NCBI GenBank assembly: GCA_013239625.1
Contig: MU056277.1
Coordinates: 1,218,076 to 1,282,075, forward strand
Length of the DNA: 64,000 nucleotides
Direction: 5' to 3'
DNA from: Lama guanicoe
Lineage: Eukaryota
Made by a program: the position numbers and the translations under genes. This document shows positions 11,960 through 25,098 of the stretch, piece after piece. Position 1 is the stretch's first letter; each line of letters begins with the position of its first letter. The notes beneath the pieces are model-generated. The model was not told the origin of the DNA, did no database searches, and worked only from the letters and a program-made list of their open reading frames with translations.

Positions 11960-11965
11960 ATTAAA
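11960..11965 (+). terminator. Probable distal poly(A) signal of ARHGEF7 (ATTAAA)
   Basis: Hexamer with upstream TGTA and downstream T- and GT-rich elements. Confidence 0.7.
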
Positions 11966-13224
11966 CTGACTATTTTTCTTATGTTACAAACGTCATTTAT
12001 TGTCCGTGATGTGTGTGTGTTACCTTTACACTTTTGATGTTTTAATATTTTTAAATTCTAGTGTGAGTTTTTGACACTGGGAGATAGCACATTTGCCTTT
12101 ACGGTCTATGGTTTGGGGATATTTGAAGATAAGCTTAGGAAGCAGAGTCCTGGGGAAGGAAACGGAAGGAAGGGCTGACGGGTGCGGCCTCTGCTCCCCC
12201 TGCCGCCGGGGGGCCTCCCCCCACCCCGAAGCTCCTGGCAGCTGCGCCGCGGGCTGGACGGGTGAGCGCGTCGCCTGGTTCCGCGGGTGCTCCCAGCAGT
12301 GCCGTGTGGCAGGAGGAAGGTGCGTGTCTGAGGAGCCTTGTCCTCCCCGCACTCCGTCCATTGAGGAGGCCGGGGGAGTAGGTGGCGTGGGCAGGGGGCC
12401 TGGGGCACCTCCTCCCCCGGAGCCCCCCCCCACCTGGGAGCTGACGGCACCTCGTCACCACCCCCACCACGGGTGAAGGAGCCGTCGTCCGTAACGCAGC
12501 CACCCCCACTTGCCGTCTTCCCTCGGGTCTCTGGGGACAAGTGAGGGCTCGTGTGTCTGGCAGAGGCTGTCCTGGCTGCATCCCCGGAACCTCCGGTCAG
12601 ACAGCAGGCCTGCTGGGGGGCGAGGACAGGCGGCCAGGCCCCGCAGCTGTGAGTGGGGGCTCCCGGGAAGGGGGCCCGGGTGTGCCCGCTGCACGCGGGC
12701 GGTGGGCGGCCCTAGAAGGGGGCCGTGAGGGCCGCGAGTGGCAGCTGCCCAGCGTCTCTGCGCCTGGCCCGGCTCCTGGCCACCGGGGATGACTTGCGCA
12801 GGTGTCCGGCCCCCAGGAGCCCCAGTGCCACTGCTGCCTGGAGGGCCAGGCTTGCCCATACTTCAGGCTCGGGCAGCAGCACTGAGAAGGTGCCCGCGTT
12901 GATCTGCACTGGGAGCAGATGTGTGGTTCACCAGGGGCCTCGGCTCGAGTGGGGGAGGCGGAGGTGTCTAGTTTCCTGCTCGTCTTTAATCATACAATGC
13001 CTGCTAGCTGGGAGACCCCTGCCAGAGGTGTGAGGCAAGGGAGCCTCCCCCCCCCCCACCGCCCTGCCCTCTCTTCCTTCATGAGCGTGGCCCGAGACGT
13101 GTTTTTGCTTCCTTTTGTTCGTCCTCTGGGCAGACGCAGGTTTGCAGTATTTGTGTGTGTTTTGTTCCCCACGAATGAGATAACGGGGTCTAGCCTTCTC
13201 TGACTTGCCTTTTTTAAACCCACA

Positions 13225-13355
13225 TGGGGAAAAAACTAGATTCCCCGTCACATCACAGACAAAGTTAATTCCAGGTAGATAAGGGCTGTGCATGAAAAGC
13301 CACATGGCGCTTTCAGAAGGAAACACAGCTGTGACGCCCTTGGGCTCGGTGACAC
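13225..13355 (+). mobile_element. Short old L1 ORF2 fragment
   Basis: Resembles the KLDPYLTPYTKINSRWIK...LLEENIG region of L1. Confidence 0.5.
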
Positions 13356-14849
13356 TGAGCACATCCGAGTTGTCACCCCCAGAGGTGTGTGCATCCGGCT
13401 GCGGCCCCCACCACTCCGTAAGCCGCTTGCCCGCCGGGCGCGCCAGTTTCCTGGGGGCCGCTGCCCAGCGGACGTCCTGCTCTGAGCAGCCGGCGGCCCC
13501 GCGAGGAGCTGCGTGGTGAGCTCCTAGGGTCGCCTTGTGCTTAGTTTCAGCCTTCTTGTAGGGTCTGCCGGATTCCTCGGAGGGGTTTTAGAGGTGATGT
13601 CCTCGACAGCGTTGCGGTTCTGCCTTCTCAGAAAGGGGCTGAGGGACCAAAGCCGCCGAGACCTTTCCTTCGTCCTGACAACATTCACATCGAGGCCACT
13701 GGGAGGGGGCTGCGGCCGTGCTGCCCCTGCCATCTCGGTGGTGGTCACCTGGCCCCCTGGCCGGAAACCACCAGAGGAGGGTGAGGGCCACAGGTGGGCC
13801 GATCTGAACACTCCACCAGAGCAAAGCGGGGACAGCGTTGCCCTTTGAGCGCTTCCTTGCGTGCAGACCGCTCGGACATGCCTTTCCTAGCACCGCCGGA
13901 TGCTAACCATCCGGGCTCTGCAGGGCCGAGACGGTGCCGTCTCCACTTCTTCCTCAGGGTATTTAATTAACTCGACTCTAGTTGTGAGCAAACGTGGCTG
14001 CATCCAGAAGTGGAAGGAGGTGTGAGGTGGCCACTTCCCTGCATCAGCACCGCCGTGGGGTGAGTGTGGGGGGCCGCAGTGCCGGGGCCGCTGGGCCAGG
14101 CACGTCCCTCCCACAGCGCTGTCCTCGCTCCTCCTGGCGGCTGACGGCTCGGGTCAGACCGGACACCGAACCCCACTGTGGCTCTGACGAGTGAGGGAAG
14201 TCCAGGGGCCCCAGCAGCGCTGCTCCCGTTTCAGAGAAGCCACGACCGCTCCCAGCCCCCGTGGGAGGACAGAGGCGCCTTGCCTTCCAGCCACACTTTC
14301 ATCCCAGGGGACCAGGCTGGTGGAGGGAGACACTGGCCCAGCCACGACAGAGCGCCTTCCTGTGGCCCGAGGAGCCACCGTCCTCCATGCGCCTGGCCTG
14401 GCTGCTCAGCCAAGTGGACGGCAGGCCGTGGGGCGGCCCAGGCACTGACCACCACCAGACATGCCCCAGAGGGGCCCCCCAAGCAGCATGCTCTGGGGTG
14501 ATGGCCACCTGGTGGCATCACATTGTCCTGGGTCCTAGGGGGGTGGGAGGTCAGCCTTCCTTTCTCCTCTTTGGATCCCACCAGCACCGCTGTGGCCTCC
14601 TGTGCCCCCGTGCAGTCTCCACGCTGCCCCTTCCTCTCCACGTCTCCACTTGAGTAAATCCTTGGAAATCTTGGGTCCCCGCTGGCCTCGCCCTGGGAAC
14701 CTGTCCTGAGCCCCCACCGCCCTCCGGGGCTTTCTAAGCCTCCTTGGCAACCCAGCCTTCAGATAGCTACGCCTGAACGTCTCCACGGCTTCGCAGGAAG
14801 CTTGTGGATAAATGAACCGTCTTCCACTATGCTTCGGCCTCTAGAGTTC

Positions 14850-15410
14850 CTGGTGGGAACGCCAAGCGGGGCAGCCACTCTGGGAAACAGTCGAGGTTAG
14901 CCTTGAGTTATTCCGACTCACGAGCCCACTCCAGGTGTGCACCTGAGGGGAGTCACAACGCACACGTACACAAAACTCGTACGTGGACGTCCACGGCGGC
15001 TTCGCCCATGATGGCCACTAAAGTGGAAACGGCCCAGGTGTCCACCCACGGACAAACAGGGAAGTGATGTCCACCCGTGCACTGGAATAGCACCCAGACC
15101 CGGAGGGAGTGGGGCTCCGGCACCGCCAGGTGTGTCTGGAACACGGGCAGGTGGAAGAAGCCGGACACAGACACCGGCCCGCGCTGTGCAGCTCCTCTGA
15201 TGGGGCAGGGCGTGTTCACAGGCGCAGCCCCGGACTCGCGGTGGATTCGTGGTCACTTTGGGAGGGGTGGGGGATGTGGGGTGGCCGCTTGTGGGCACAA
15301 GGCCTCTTCCTGGGCTGACGGGAGTATGCTGTGGTGGTGGCTGCATACCGTGTGGACGCCATGGTCACACACTGAGCACACACTTCAGATGGGTGAATTG
15401 TCCACAGTGG
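14850..15410 (+). mobile_element. Old L1 (L1MB/MC-like) 3' end, strongly GC-shifted
   Basis: GGTGGGAA...GCAGCCACTCTGGGAAACAGT and AAAGTGGAAACGGCCCAGGTGTCCA, followed by an L1 3'-UTR-like tail. Confidence 0.7.
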
Positions 15411-15779
15411 AGAGTGGTGCAGCCCCGGGGGCTGTTGGACAGCAGACGCCTGCCCTGACCCCCCAGCTGGACCATCGCTGCGCATCGTTACTGGGTGACA
15501 GTAACACCAATGGGTAAATGTCATCACCCTCGATTCAGACCAGGAAGCTGAAGCCAGAGAAGCTTGGTCACATGATAACAAAGAGGATGCCAAAGCCGCT
15601 TCCATCTCGCAGGAGCCAGGGAGGCGAGGCCAGGCCTGCTCTGCGCGTTCCACGGCCGGAGCCCAAGGCTTCAGATCACTCCGGCGGCCCCGCAGGCTCT
15701 GAGCCGTCCCTGGCTGACCCCATTTCCTGTCCTCCTCCCCTCCCTGGGCTTCCTTGCTCCTTCTCCCATCGCCCATGAC

Positions 15780-16490
15780 CTTCAATGACCTTGACTTTCT
15801 TGGTCTCGGCTACCTGCTCCCTGAGTCACACACACACCTGGGCTCCGGCCACAGCTCCGACCCTGAGCTCCTCTCCCAAGCCCCTCACCCCTGGGCCTGA
15901 GCAGTTCAGGCTCCATTCTCCACCCTCCCATGTTTTCATCCTCTCTCCTGGAACGTGGCCACGCCTGCCTCAACGGCCCGCTCCCCAACCCCCCAGTCTG
16001 CTGGTGGCCGCCCTCCAGGACCTCAGCCCCGACCAGAGGGGAAATGTCTGCTGACCTGTCTGCTCAGAGCCCAGTGTCCACCCTGAACATGGCAGCTCCA
16101 CCGTCCAGCCCAGCTCCCCCCTCACCATGTCCAGTCCTGACTCTGAGGACGTCCGAGAAGCATCAGCTGTCACTAGCCGGTCCCACCTTTGATCTTCTCC
16201 GGGTCTCTGTGCCGTTCCCCAGGCTTGCTCTTGCCACCGCAGGGTCTGTTTTCAGCGTAGCCGGGATGACGTGTTAGTGTGTGATTCAGTTTCTCTCTGC
16301 ACCAAATCCTGCCCTAACGCCCAGGCCTCACTCAGCGCGAAGGCCAAAGGCCCACGGTGCTCTCATGCGTGCCTGTGATCTGTGTCTGTCCTCTGCCTGC
16401 CTCCCCTCACGCCACACAGCCTCCTCCGGGTTCTCAGCTTTGCTGGGCTGCCTCACCCCAGGGCCTTTGCCCTTGCTGCTGCTTCATCCT
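15780..16490. mobile_element. Degenerate L2-like fragments
   Basis: Pyrimidine-rich L2-type phrases such as CCTCACCCCAGGGCCTTTGCCCTTGCTG. Boundaries uncertain. Confidence 0.4.
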
Positions 16491-16607
16491 TGCTGGACTT
16501 GGTTCTGAAGGTGAGCCTGGCCGGGCAGTGGGGTAAGTGTTGCTCAGAAAAGGGGCTCAGGTGTGGGGTCTGGAGGCTGCAGGGATCTTCCACCCCTGTC
16601 TGACCCT

Positions 16608-16640
16608 CTGTGATGTCACCAGGCCTGTGTGACATCACAG
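16608..16640. promoter_or_regulatory. TEX29 promoter: palindrome with two CRE-like octamers (TGATGTCA / TGACATCA)
   Basis: CTGTGATGTCAC-CAGGCCTGT-GTGACATCACAG, about 290 bp upstream of the TEX29 ATG. Confidence 0.6.
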
Positions 16641-16644
16641 CGGG

Positions 16645-16690
16645 CAGAGCGGACCTTCCACTGGCTGGGAGCAGCAGGAGGGAGGTGGTG
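16645..16690 (+). other. TEX29: Putative non-coding first exon of TEX29 (start approximate)
   Basis: GTG|GTCAGT donor at 16691 just downstream of the CRE palindrome. Pairs with branch point CTAAC (16870-16874) and AG (16888-16889). Confidence 0.4.
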
Positions 16691-16926
16691 GTCAGTTTCT
16701 TGTTTGGTCTAAAAGCTGTTGTCCACCTGGAGTGTGACTGAGAGACGTGTGTCCAGGGCTCAGTGGGGGACATGCCTGACAGGTGCAGACTGCCCCCACC
16801 CAGGCTCAGCCTGGCCACCTCCATCCTGGCACTGACTGCAGCAGCAGCCCATCCACGAGGTCCCCTGTGCTAACCTGCTCTCCCCCCAGGTGCCCTTGAG
16901 CCCCTGCCTGACCTTCAACCACTACA

Positions 16927-16984
16927 ATGAGATATGCACCAGAATTCAAGAAGTCCCCGTCGCACCTCCTGAAGAAGTTTGCAG
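16927..16984 (+). CDS. TEX29: TEX29 first coding exon, MRYAPEFKKSPSHLLKKFA (exon starts at 16890)
   Basis: ACAATG start (A at -3), CAG|GTAGGG donor at 16985. Resembles the TEX29 N-terminus, and TEX29 is the known neighbour of ARHGEF7. Confidence 0.9.
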
Positions 16985-18243
16985 GTAGGGAGGTGGGGCC
17001 ACCACGGGGCCGGAGGGAAGCCCTCAGAAGCCTGCTCGGAGGAGGTGGCGGGTGCACTGGGGCCTGAGCGAGCAGCACAGAAGGCGAGCCTGGAACCGGT
17101 GACCAGGGCCCGGTTCTTCCCCGACGCCATGGGAAGCCTCTTTGCACACATCTTGGTCTCCTGCAGCGAGAAGGGGACGGGGTGTGGCCTCAGGGCTACG
17201 TCCTTGCAGCCCCATCCGGGGCCATCTCGGGTACAGGTGTGCAGGACAGCCCTGCGACTTCCTCCCCCTCAGCTGCCCGCGACGTTCAGAACCAGCATCC
17301 TCACTTCCTCCCCTTGAACGTGGGGACCACGAGGTCTCTGCAGAGGGGCTGGTGTCATAATAGAAGAAAATAGAACTTAAAGAAAACCCACCCCAAGGGG
17401 ATCCCTGCAGCCCAGATGCACTTGAGCAAAACCCAGCGCAGCCCTCGTTCCCTCACACTCCCAGGCTCCGAGTGCCTGCCCTGTGACCGCGGGGCCCCTG
17501 GGGGCCAGCCCGCCCCCAGGTCAGCAGGCTGGGCTCTGGCTTCTGAGGCCCGGCTGTCGGAGGGCCAGCGGTGTGGGAGGTGGCCAGCCTCAGGCCTCTC
17601 GTCCTCGGACTCTGTCAGCCTTGTGTCTGCGCACCGGCGGCAGAGGCTGTCCCCTCCCCTCCCCTCCCCTCCCAACCCTGGCTGGCAGGGAGGCCATGGC
17701 GACGGATTTGGCAAACCTGGAGTCGGGGTGTCTTGGGACAGGGAGGAAAGGGCGGGAGGGGCACTGAGTTTCTCCAGAATCCCTGAGTCTGAGAGACCAA
17801 ACCCCCGGAGGAAGGCAGGCGTCGCTGGAGGCTCGGGGGGGGGGGGCCCTCCGGGGGGCCCTCCCCCCGCCCCCGGCAGCGGCCCAGCAGGCGCTCGGGG
17901 CTGAGCCCTCCGCTGCCCTGCCCTGCCTGCGCCTCCCTGAACTTCAACTTGCCGTCCTTTTGCTCAGCTTTTAAATTCTGAAATACTCCTCAGCCCATGT
18001 TGATAACTTTAACTCGCTGGGTGCTTAAATGTGAATTAGTAGCACGTTCCTGGCCAAACCCCTGAAGAGCCGTGGTGTGAGGTCTCCGTCTCCCGGCCCC
18101 TTCGTCCGGCGCTGAGCCCGGCCAGCTCTCCTTCGTCAGCGGACCCTGCGTGGTTCTGTGTGATTAACTTGTGTTATTTTGTTCAGAATCTAATTCATTC
18201 CAGATTCACGTTTCAAAGTGAGATTTGTGTGACGCATAATTGA

Positions 18244-18495
<252 letters not shown>

Positions 18496-21400
18496 TGAGC
18501 CCCGAGCCACCTGCTTCCCTCGCCCGGGTCAGCACTGCTGGACGGGCTTCCGCTGCCCTCCCCTGGTCACCCGCCCTGCTCTGTGCAGCGGGGGCGGGAA
18601 GGCTTGCGGGTCTGGGGCTGGGGCGCAGGCTGTTTAGGCAAGTGGAGAAAGTCCGCTTGCGGTTGAGGAGGCTGCTTTGGGAGCCCTCCTTTTTGAAGGG
18701 CTGGCCGTTCTGGGGGGTGTAGGAAGCTGGGTGTGAAGGAACAGTTCCACCAAAGCCACTGACTCAGGGAGGGGTGGCTGCCCCCGGACACACAGCCCGT
18801 GGGTACTCAGCAGCTCCAGGGCTCTGGGAAATGGTCCCGCGCCCTCCCTGCCCGGTCCTCTCCCCGGCCTCTGGCACCCCGGGAGTCACAGGAGCACCCG
18901 TGTCCCAGGGCTTTCCAGGGCGCCTTCCTCCCTTGTCTCCCTCTGCGTCCCAGCCGGGCTGAGCCCCCAGGGACAAGGCTGAGTCTGCCCTCTTGTGCCT
19001 GGACACTGGAGGTCAGACGCTGTCCGCTGGGACAGTGCCAGCCCCCAGACGCCAAACCTTAGACCAGCTCCTCAGGAAAGCGGTATCGCGGGGAAGACAA
19101 CTCAAGCAGCTACAGCACTGGCAGGATCGGGGTTCACCCGAAGGGGGATGTCCGCCTTCCTTTATGGTGAAGATTCGGCACTTGGGGCGAAAGAGGAATC
19201 TGTCTGACTGAAAAACAGGCCACAGCAAACGCCCCTCACATCTGGGAGGATTTCCCGATGACAGTTTTTGTTGAAAACCGACATCTTAAATAATACAATA
19301 TAGCAACTCTGAAAGTCAGGGTCTCCGGCCTCCCAGGACCTCGTGTTGCTGCGTGTTGTTGTCCTTGTTTGGTGACTTTTCTGAACCAATTGTCCAGCAT
19401 CTGTATTCCCTGTGGTGTTGGCCCCGTGGTCAGCTAATGGCTGGACAGAAATCTCCACAGATGCCTGGGACAGTGCCTCCCCAGTCTTTGCCGAGGGCCC
19501 TGTGTGTGTGTTGGGCTCCCCTTCAACGCTCAGCCCGAGGGTTTCCAGAGCTGCCTTCATCTTGCCTTCACGCTTGCACAGAAACTCAAGGGCACCCAGC
19601 AGTGTGAGCTTACAGCCTGGGCGGGCCTTTCCTGGGGGTGTTCCCAGCCCGGGACGTGCTCCCCGGCTTCTAGACTCCAAGGAACGTGTCACTGCTTTCC
19701 AAACCTCCCCGTAGACAGATCACCCCCGAGAGTTCCCCTTTTAGCCGTTGGTCAGCCTGACGTTTGCCCAGACGACCGCCTGCCACGCCAGCCGTCTTGA
19801 CTCTCCAGGCTGCGGCTGACTGCCTTCAGCCAGTGGCTGAGGGAAGGGCCGCTCGCACTGAGCTCCCGGTCAGGCCAGGCAAAGACATCCGGAGCGAGCC
19901 GGCGGCTGCACGCTCGCAGTGAGCTTCCAGAATCCCGAGACACTTCCTTCTGGCCATTTTGCCCTTGTCCCAGTGCTTCCATGGAGAGGGCATTTGAGTT
20001 GGAGGAGGGGCTCCTTCTCTGCTGTTTTTGAACATTAATTCTGGGCCCCAGCAGCTCTCGGGTCCAGCTTACACAACTGGGAAGTCAGAGCTGCGCCGGG
20101 AAGACGGCCTCCACCCGTCACATCGTAACCCACAGCCTCCAGCCAGCATCCCACTCGGGGCCTGGCTCGCCTCAGGGCCTCCGTCGCTGGACGAGCTGCC
20201 ATCTTGCGGCGTCCCGGCCTCTCATGCTCCGGCGGACGTGACAGCCACTCCCGAAGCTGGCTTCGCGGCCCCACGTGGTCGTTTGGCCATAATTTGATGC
20301 TTTTTGCAAGTTGTCGTCTTTTTGTTGTTGTTCTGTGGTTTTGGCGGTTTGACTTGCACGCATCTTACTCGGGAGAGCAGACGGTTTCCAGCCAGCCCTC
20401 TTCTTCCATCAAGAAGCCTCGCCTCTTAGAGGCCTCCGAATTCAAGGCAACGAGCTGGTTTTTTGAGACACTTACCACGGGGGCTCCCAAGAGCAGGAAA
20501 CGGGAACATCGTGGGGGCGTGCGTGCTTGCTCTTTCAGTCTCCCGCACACAAAGGTGCAGAAGACGTTCAGTTCCCGGGTCAGGTCACAGTCACCGGTCA
20601 CAGTCCGTGGTCCTTCATTACCCCAGCTCACCCGGATCTCAGGAGATGGGCCACTCAAGGAAGACGGTCGCCAGCAAAGGAACAGAAGTCCGAGACGCCG
20701 CTGCCGTTTCTTTGCTTTTCGCCTGTCCTGTCCCCTGGACATCTGCTCCTCAGCGTCTTATGTGGGAGTTGGCCATTTTGCAAATGTTAGTATTTCAGAC
20801 ATCATTTAAATTAATACAATCTCCTTATGCCTGTCATTTATTTGAAAAAAATGAAACTTATTCTTTGTAACACCTTAATTATTAGTGTCCTTAAGGAACC
20901 AGGAAAAGGACACAGACTCCAAAAACTTCTGTGGTTGGAGAGGGCTCACGGCTCAGCCGGTGGGTGGGCCGTTTTCCCTGGAGGCAAGTGTCAGCCTGCT
21001 TCCAGTCCTTTCAGTTCGAATAAGCGAGCTGTGTGGGCTGGGCTTTTCCTGTGACTTCTTTCAAGCTTGAGGGGTCGGGCCGCCGTGGGAGGGGTCTGGG
21101 CAGCGAGCCCTGCACGTGGTGTCTCATTGTGCCCTCAATTATTTTCCACTTCTTTGACATCTTTCCCATTCAAGACTGCGAGCGAGCCTTTGTGCTGTGT
21201 AAGTTGCAGTATTGGGTGACAGGGCGTCATGAGTTCTTTGTGCACATAATTCCATGTTATGAAAACCTTTCACCAACTTCTTAAATTGGCTGGTTTGAAG
21301 CACACGTTGTGTGATGGTGTAATCTGTATTATTAAGAATATGAACTTGGGGAATTAGCATGAGCTCTTTGGGAAAGGCCCGGGAGTTCAAAGAGCATGCC

Positions 21401-22019
21401 TCGCCTCCGTCCTTCGGTCTTGGCTTGGAGGGCGCTGTGCGAGCTGTCGTTTCTCCCCGGTGCCTGCCTTTAGGTTCTTCATGGGGCTTCATGACGGTGC
21501 CAAAACTTTTGTTTACCTGTATTTGGGGGAAGAACTGACCAAGGGACTCCCCTTCGGGAGCACGCTCTCCTCGGTTGCGGCTCCTTCCGAGTGACCGGTC
21601 ACAGCACGTGGTGTGCGAGCGCTCGTGCACTGTGCTCCTGACAAGCGGGGTGCTGCCGGAGGCCGTGCCGAGAGGCGGGGGCGAGTCCCGGAAATTTAGC
21701 CTCTGCCTCTGGGAACCTGACCGCAAGGACAGAAAATGCTCGCACATATAGAGATGCGCTGACGGCTGAATACTCAATCATTGACTGAATACACGTCGGT
21801 CTAACTTCGCTGACATACAAATTCTGAATTTCTTTTGTGAACCAGGACACAGAATCACATTAAGGAATATGTACCCTCTGGAATTCAAAAATTCGAGGGT
21901 TGCCTTCTTCTCCCTTAAAAGCTCCTAATTCATTCTTTCACTGAATTTGTTCATTTCCGTTCAGTGCATCCAACATCATTTAATGTGTATGTTATGCCAG
22001 TGCTGACGATACGCCCCAT

Positions 22020-22450
22020 GTTAGTTATCTATCAGTCTGTGACGAGCGACCCAGAATTTAGTGGCTTAAAGCAACAGCTTAAGAGGCTTAGCTGGTGGTT
22101 TGGGCTCAGGTGCCTCCTGAGGCTACAGTCAGGACACCAGGAGGCTGTGGTCATCAGAAGGCTGGCCGGGGCTGGACTATCTAATTCCAGGTGGCTCGGC
22201 CCTGGGAGCTCATAAGAAGCCCTTCTCCTTGTCACAAGGTCCCTTTGCATGTCCTATGACACGAGATGTCTTCCCTGGAGCAAGCAATCAGGACAGCCCA
22301 GGGCAGGAGCCACAGTGATTCTGACCCTCCTTGGGGGTCACGTCCCACTGCAGTGCCCCTGCTTCAGAGGTCAGCCTCTCCACTGTGGGAGCGCCTACAC
22401 CACGGGGTAAATGCCAGGAGGTGAGAATCACTGGGGGCATCTTGGAGGCG
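22020..22450 (-). mobile_element. MaLR LTR (MLT1 family, old)
   Basis: TTAGTTATCTAT...AATTTAGTGGCTTAAAGCAACA...GGGGCATCTTGGAGGC pattern. Confidence 0.7.
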
Positions 22451-22842
22451 GCCCTGGAGATTCGAGGGTGAACCCAGGTGAATACATTTCCGCGGGAAAG
22501 GCATTGTTGAAAGAGAAGAGCAGCTGGTGAGAAGGGACCTGCAACAGGAGGCTTCCTAGTCTGGTGGTTGTGTAGGGGAACAAGGCTGCACCCAGCACGA
22601 CACAGCCCAGAGCCGCCCTCCCCTCTGTCCTCTCCCGCGGACTCCCGATCCCGGGGTGCCCGCCATGTGCTTCACCGCTGGTCCCCGAGCCCCTGGGCTC
22701 GGCTTCAAGCCCTTTCTGTTTCCTGACGTCAGCTCCGCGTAAAGGGCCCCCGCAGCCTCACCATTCCCAGAGGTCCTGCAGGTCCGTCCGGCCAGCGCAG
22801 GTCCCAGGGGCCATCGCGTCCTCTACGGCCACGGCTCTCCTG

Positions 22843-23320
22843 GTGTTGCGGGTTGACTTGTGTCCCCCAAGGACTGATGCTGAAGTCCCATCCTCTGGTA
22901 CCTGAGAATGTGGCCTTACTTGGATACGAGGTCTTTGCAGACGCAGTGAATTAAGACGGGGTCCCACTGGAACCAGGTGGGCCCTCATTCCAACATGACC
23001 CGTGTCTTGTAAGGGGAGACGCAGACACACAGACACGGAGGAGGACGCCACGTGAAGACACCACTCAGGGATGGGGGTGGCCATGTGGTGACGGAGCCCG
23101 AGACGGGGTGAGGCATCCAGAAGCTCAGGATTCCGGGGGCCACAGAGGCCGGAAGAAGCAAAGAAGTTTCCCCTCCCCGACCCCCCAGGGCCTCAGAGGG
23201 AGCCCAGCTCTGTCGACACCTTGACCTGGGACTTCCGGCCTCCAGACTTCGAGACAAGGAATTCCTGCAGTGTAACCCCCTGGGGCGTGCTGCTCCACTG
23301 CGGCGCCGCGGGAGGCGAGT
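22843..23320 (+). mobile_element. MaLR LTR (MLT1C/D-like)
   Basis: TGTTGCGGGTTGACTTGTGTCCCCCAA...GAATGTGGCCTTACTTGGA...GGTCTTTGCAGA...GACTTCCGGCCTCCAGA. Confidence 0.85.
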
Positions 23321-24314
23321 GCACCAGCGAGGACGCCCCTCCTAGTGCGGGGCTCCGGGGAAACAGCCCCGCGGGAGGAGGCCGTGGGGGACTCGTGGCC
23401 CTCGAGATAGGCATCTGCAGGCAAGCCGGCCCCATCCTTCGAGAGCGTGGAAGGTGGCTGGCAGCCCAGCGATGACGGAGGCCCAGTGAGTCCTGCGCGC
23501 TAACGACCACGTCGGCGTGCCGTCCTTGAGTCCTTACACCTGCCCCATGAGGACAACACGCAGGATGAAAACGGGGGAGAATGCTGTTTGAGTTAGGCCT
23601 CCCTGGGGCGGCGCTCGTGCAGAACGCCCCTCCAGTCTGCCCGAGTGAGTCCTGGGTCGGCCAGCGGACGCGAGGCCACCACCCGTCCTCCAGGGAGGCT
23701 GGTCCCCCGGGCCAGCCTGAGAGCCGGGCACCGAGAGGGCCCCTGCGGTGGAGAATCCCCAGGGCTCGGGGGGCGGCACCCCGGCCTCTCCTGCCTCTCC
23801 TTTCCCCTGGACCCGGGAGGGGCCGACAATTCACACCAAATGATGCCCCCACACAGGGAGCCGCGGGGGTAGTGGCCCCCACTAAGAGTCACCCCAAAAG
23901 CCTCCAGGTCTTCTGTTGGGGGGTTTAGGGATGACGTGGGCAGTTTGGGACCGTGCGAGCCCCATGTTAACAAAGGAAAGCTCAGTCGGTGAAATTTGAA
24001 ATCAGACCTGTGGAATTTGTCGCCCCAAGGCATCTCCTAGTACTCAATTTTGTGACAACTGACCTGACTATTAAGGAGCCATTTCCGGGGAGCAGGGGGC
24101 AGGGTGTGGTCTCGAGGCCAGGGGGCCGCTTGGGCTGTTTCTGGGGGACAGGAGAGGGCGGCTCTCCCACCACTGCCCTCAGGGGACGGTCCTGAGGGAC
24201 AGAGTGGAGAGGCTGGTGCTCAGGGCTGAGCCGGGCCGAGGGGGCGGTGGAGGGCGCAGCTGCCTCCGGGAGCAGGAGGGACCTGGACCAGGGGTGAGCG
24301 ACACTGTTTTCCAG

Positions 24315-24384
24315 TTTACGTGCAGGTGTTTTCTGCCTTGGTCGTGGTCATCGCCGGGGCCTTCATTATCACCGTGATCTGCAG
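24315..24384 (+). CDS. TEX29: TEX29 transmembrane exon, IYVQVFSALVVVIAGAFIITVIC(R)
   Basis: TTTTCCAG acceptor, CAG|GTCAGC donor at 24385. Phase 1-2. Hydrophobic stretch of about 22 aa. Confidence 0.93.
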
Positions 24385-25098
24385 GTCAGCGCTTGTGTTC
24401 TTCCAAACTCACCTGCCACCTTAGTGGGAAGGCAGGGGGGCGGGGGGGGCTCCTCGGCCTGTGATGTCGGTGACGAGGAGGGCCCTGCGAGAACGCGAGT
24501 GGGCCCAAAGGACAGCCTACTTCCCCAGCGCTCCTGACAGCGACACCAGAGCATCTGATGACACCTGCCGTCGCCAAGCAGGCTTATTCCCTTCAGCCTC
24601 ACAGCCCACAAGCGTGTGTCTGCAGACCCCTGGCCACTGGTCCCCATAAGGCTGGCCGTGTCCCTCGGCCTGAGGTGGCTGCGCTGTAGACGTGTGCTCG
24701 GACACGAGTCCCCCAGCTCCCACTGGCAGTGAGGACGCCCACTCAGCCAGGTCCCCACAGCTGCCTGTCATCCACAGGCAGGACTGGCATCCAGCCTCCT
24801 TCCTTGGGGCCGTGGGGCTGTGTGGCACAAGTAAAAGCCATGAGACTCGCTGAGTCACTTTGTCCAACGACGAGCACCGTTTTCCTCCTCTGAGTGGTGC
24901 GGGGGTGGGGGGCATCTTCCAGAAGATGCCAGGCTGTGACTGTGCGGGGCACATGCCTTCCCCACGCCCTGCTCTGTCTTGAGAGCCTGGATGCCACGTG
25001 CAGAGCATCTGTTGGGAGCATTTATAAGAAACAAAAGTGGGGACTATTAAGACAAAGCACTTATCTTGGCAAACACACACATGTGACCACAAACCATA

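Larger units (their letters stand above)
9686..11990 (+). other. ARHGEF7: ARHGEF7 3' UTR (coiled-coil isoforms); end approximate
   Basis: Follows the stop codon. AATAAA at 10665-10670 and ATTAAA at 11960-11965, the latter followed by a GT-rich tract at about 12001-12020. Confidence 0.7.

Noticed and set aside
24321-24326. Alternative acceptor TGCAG|G inside the TEX29 TM exon
   Set aside because: An 11-nt shift breaks the frame and removes the TM segment.
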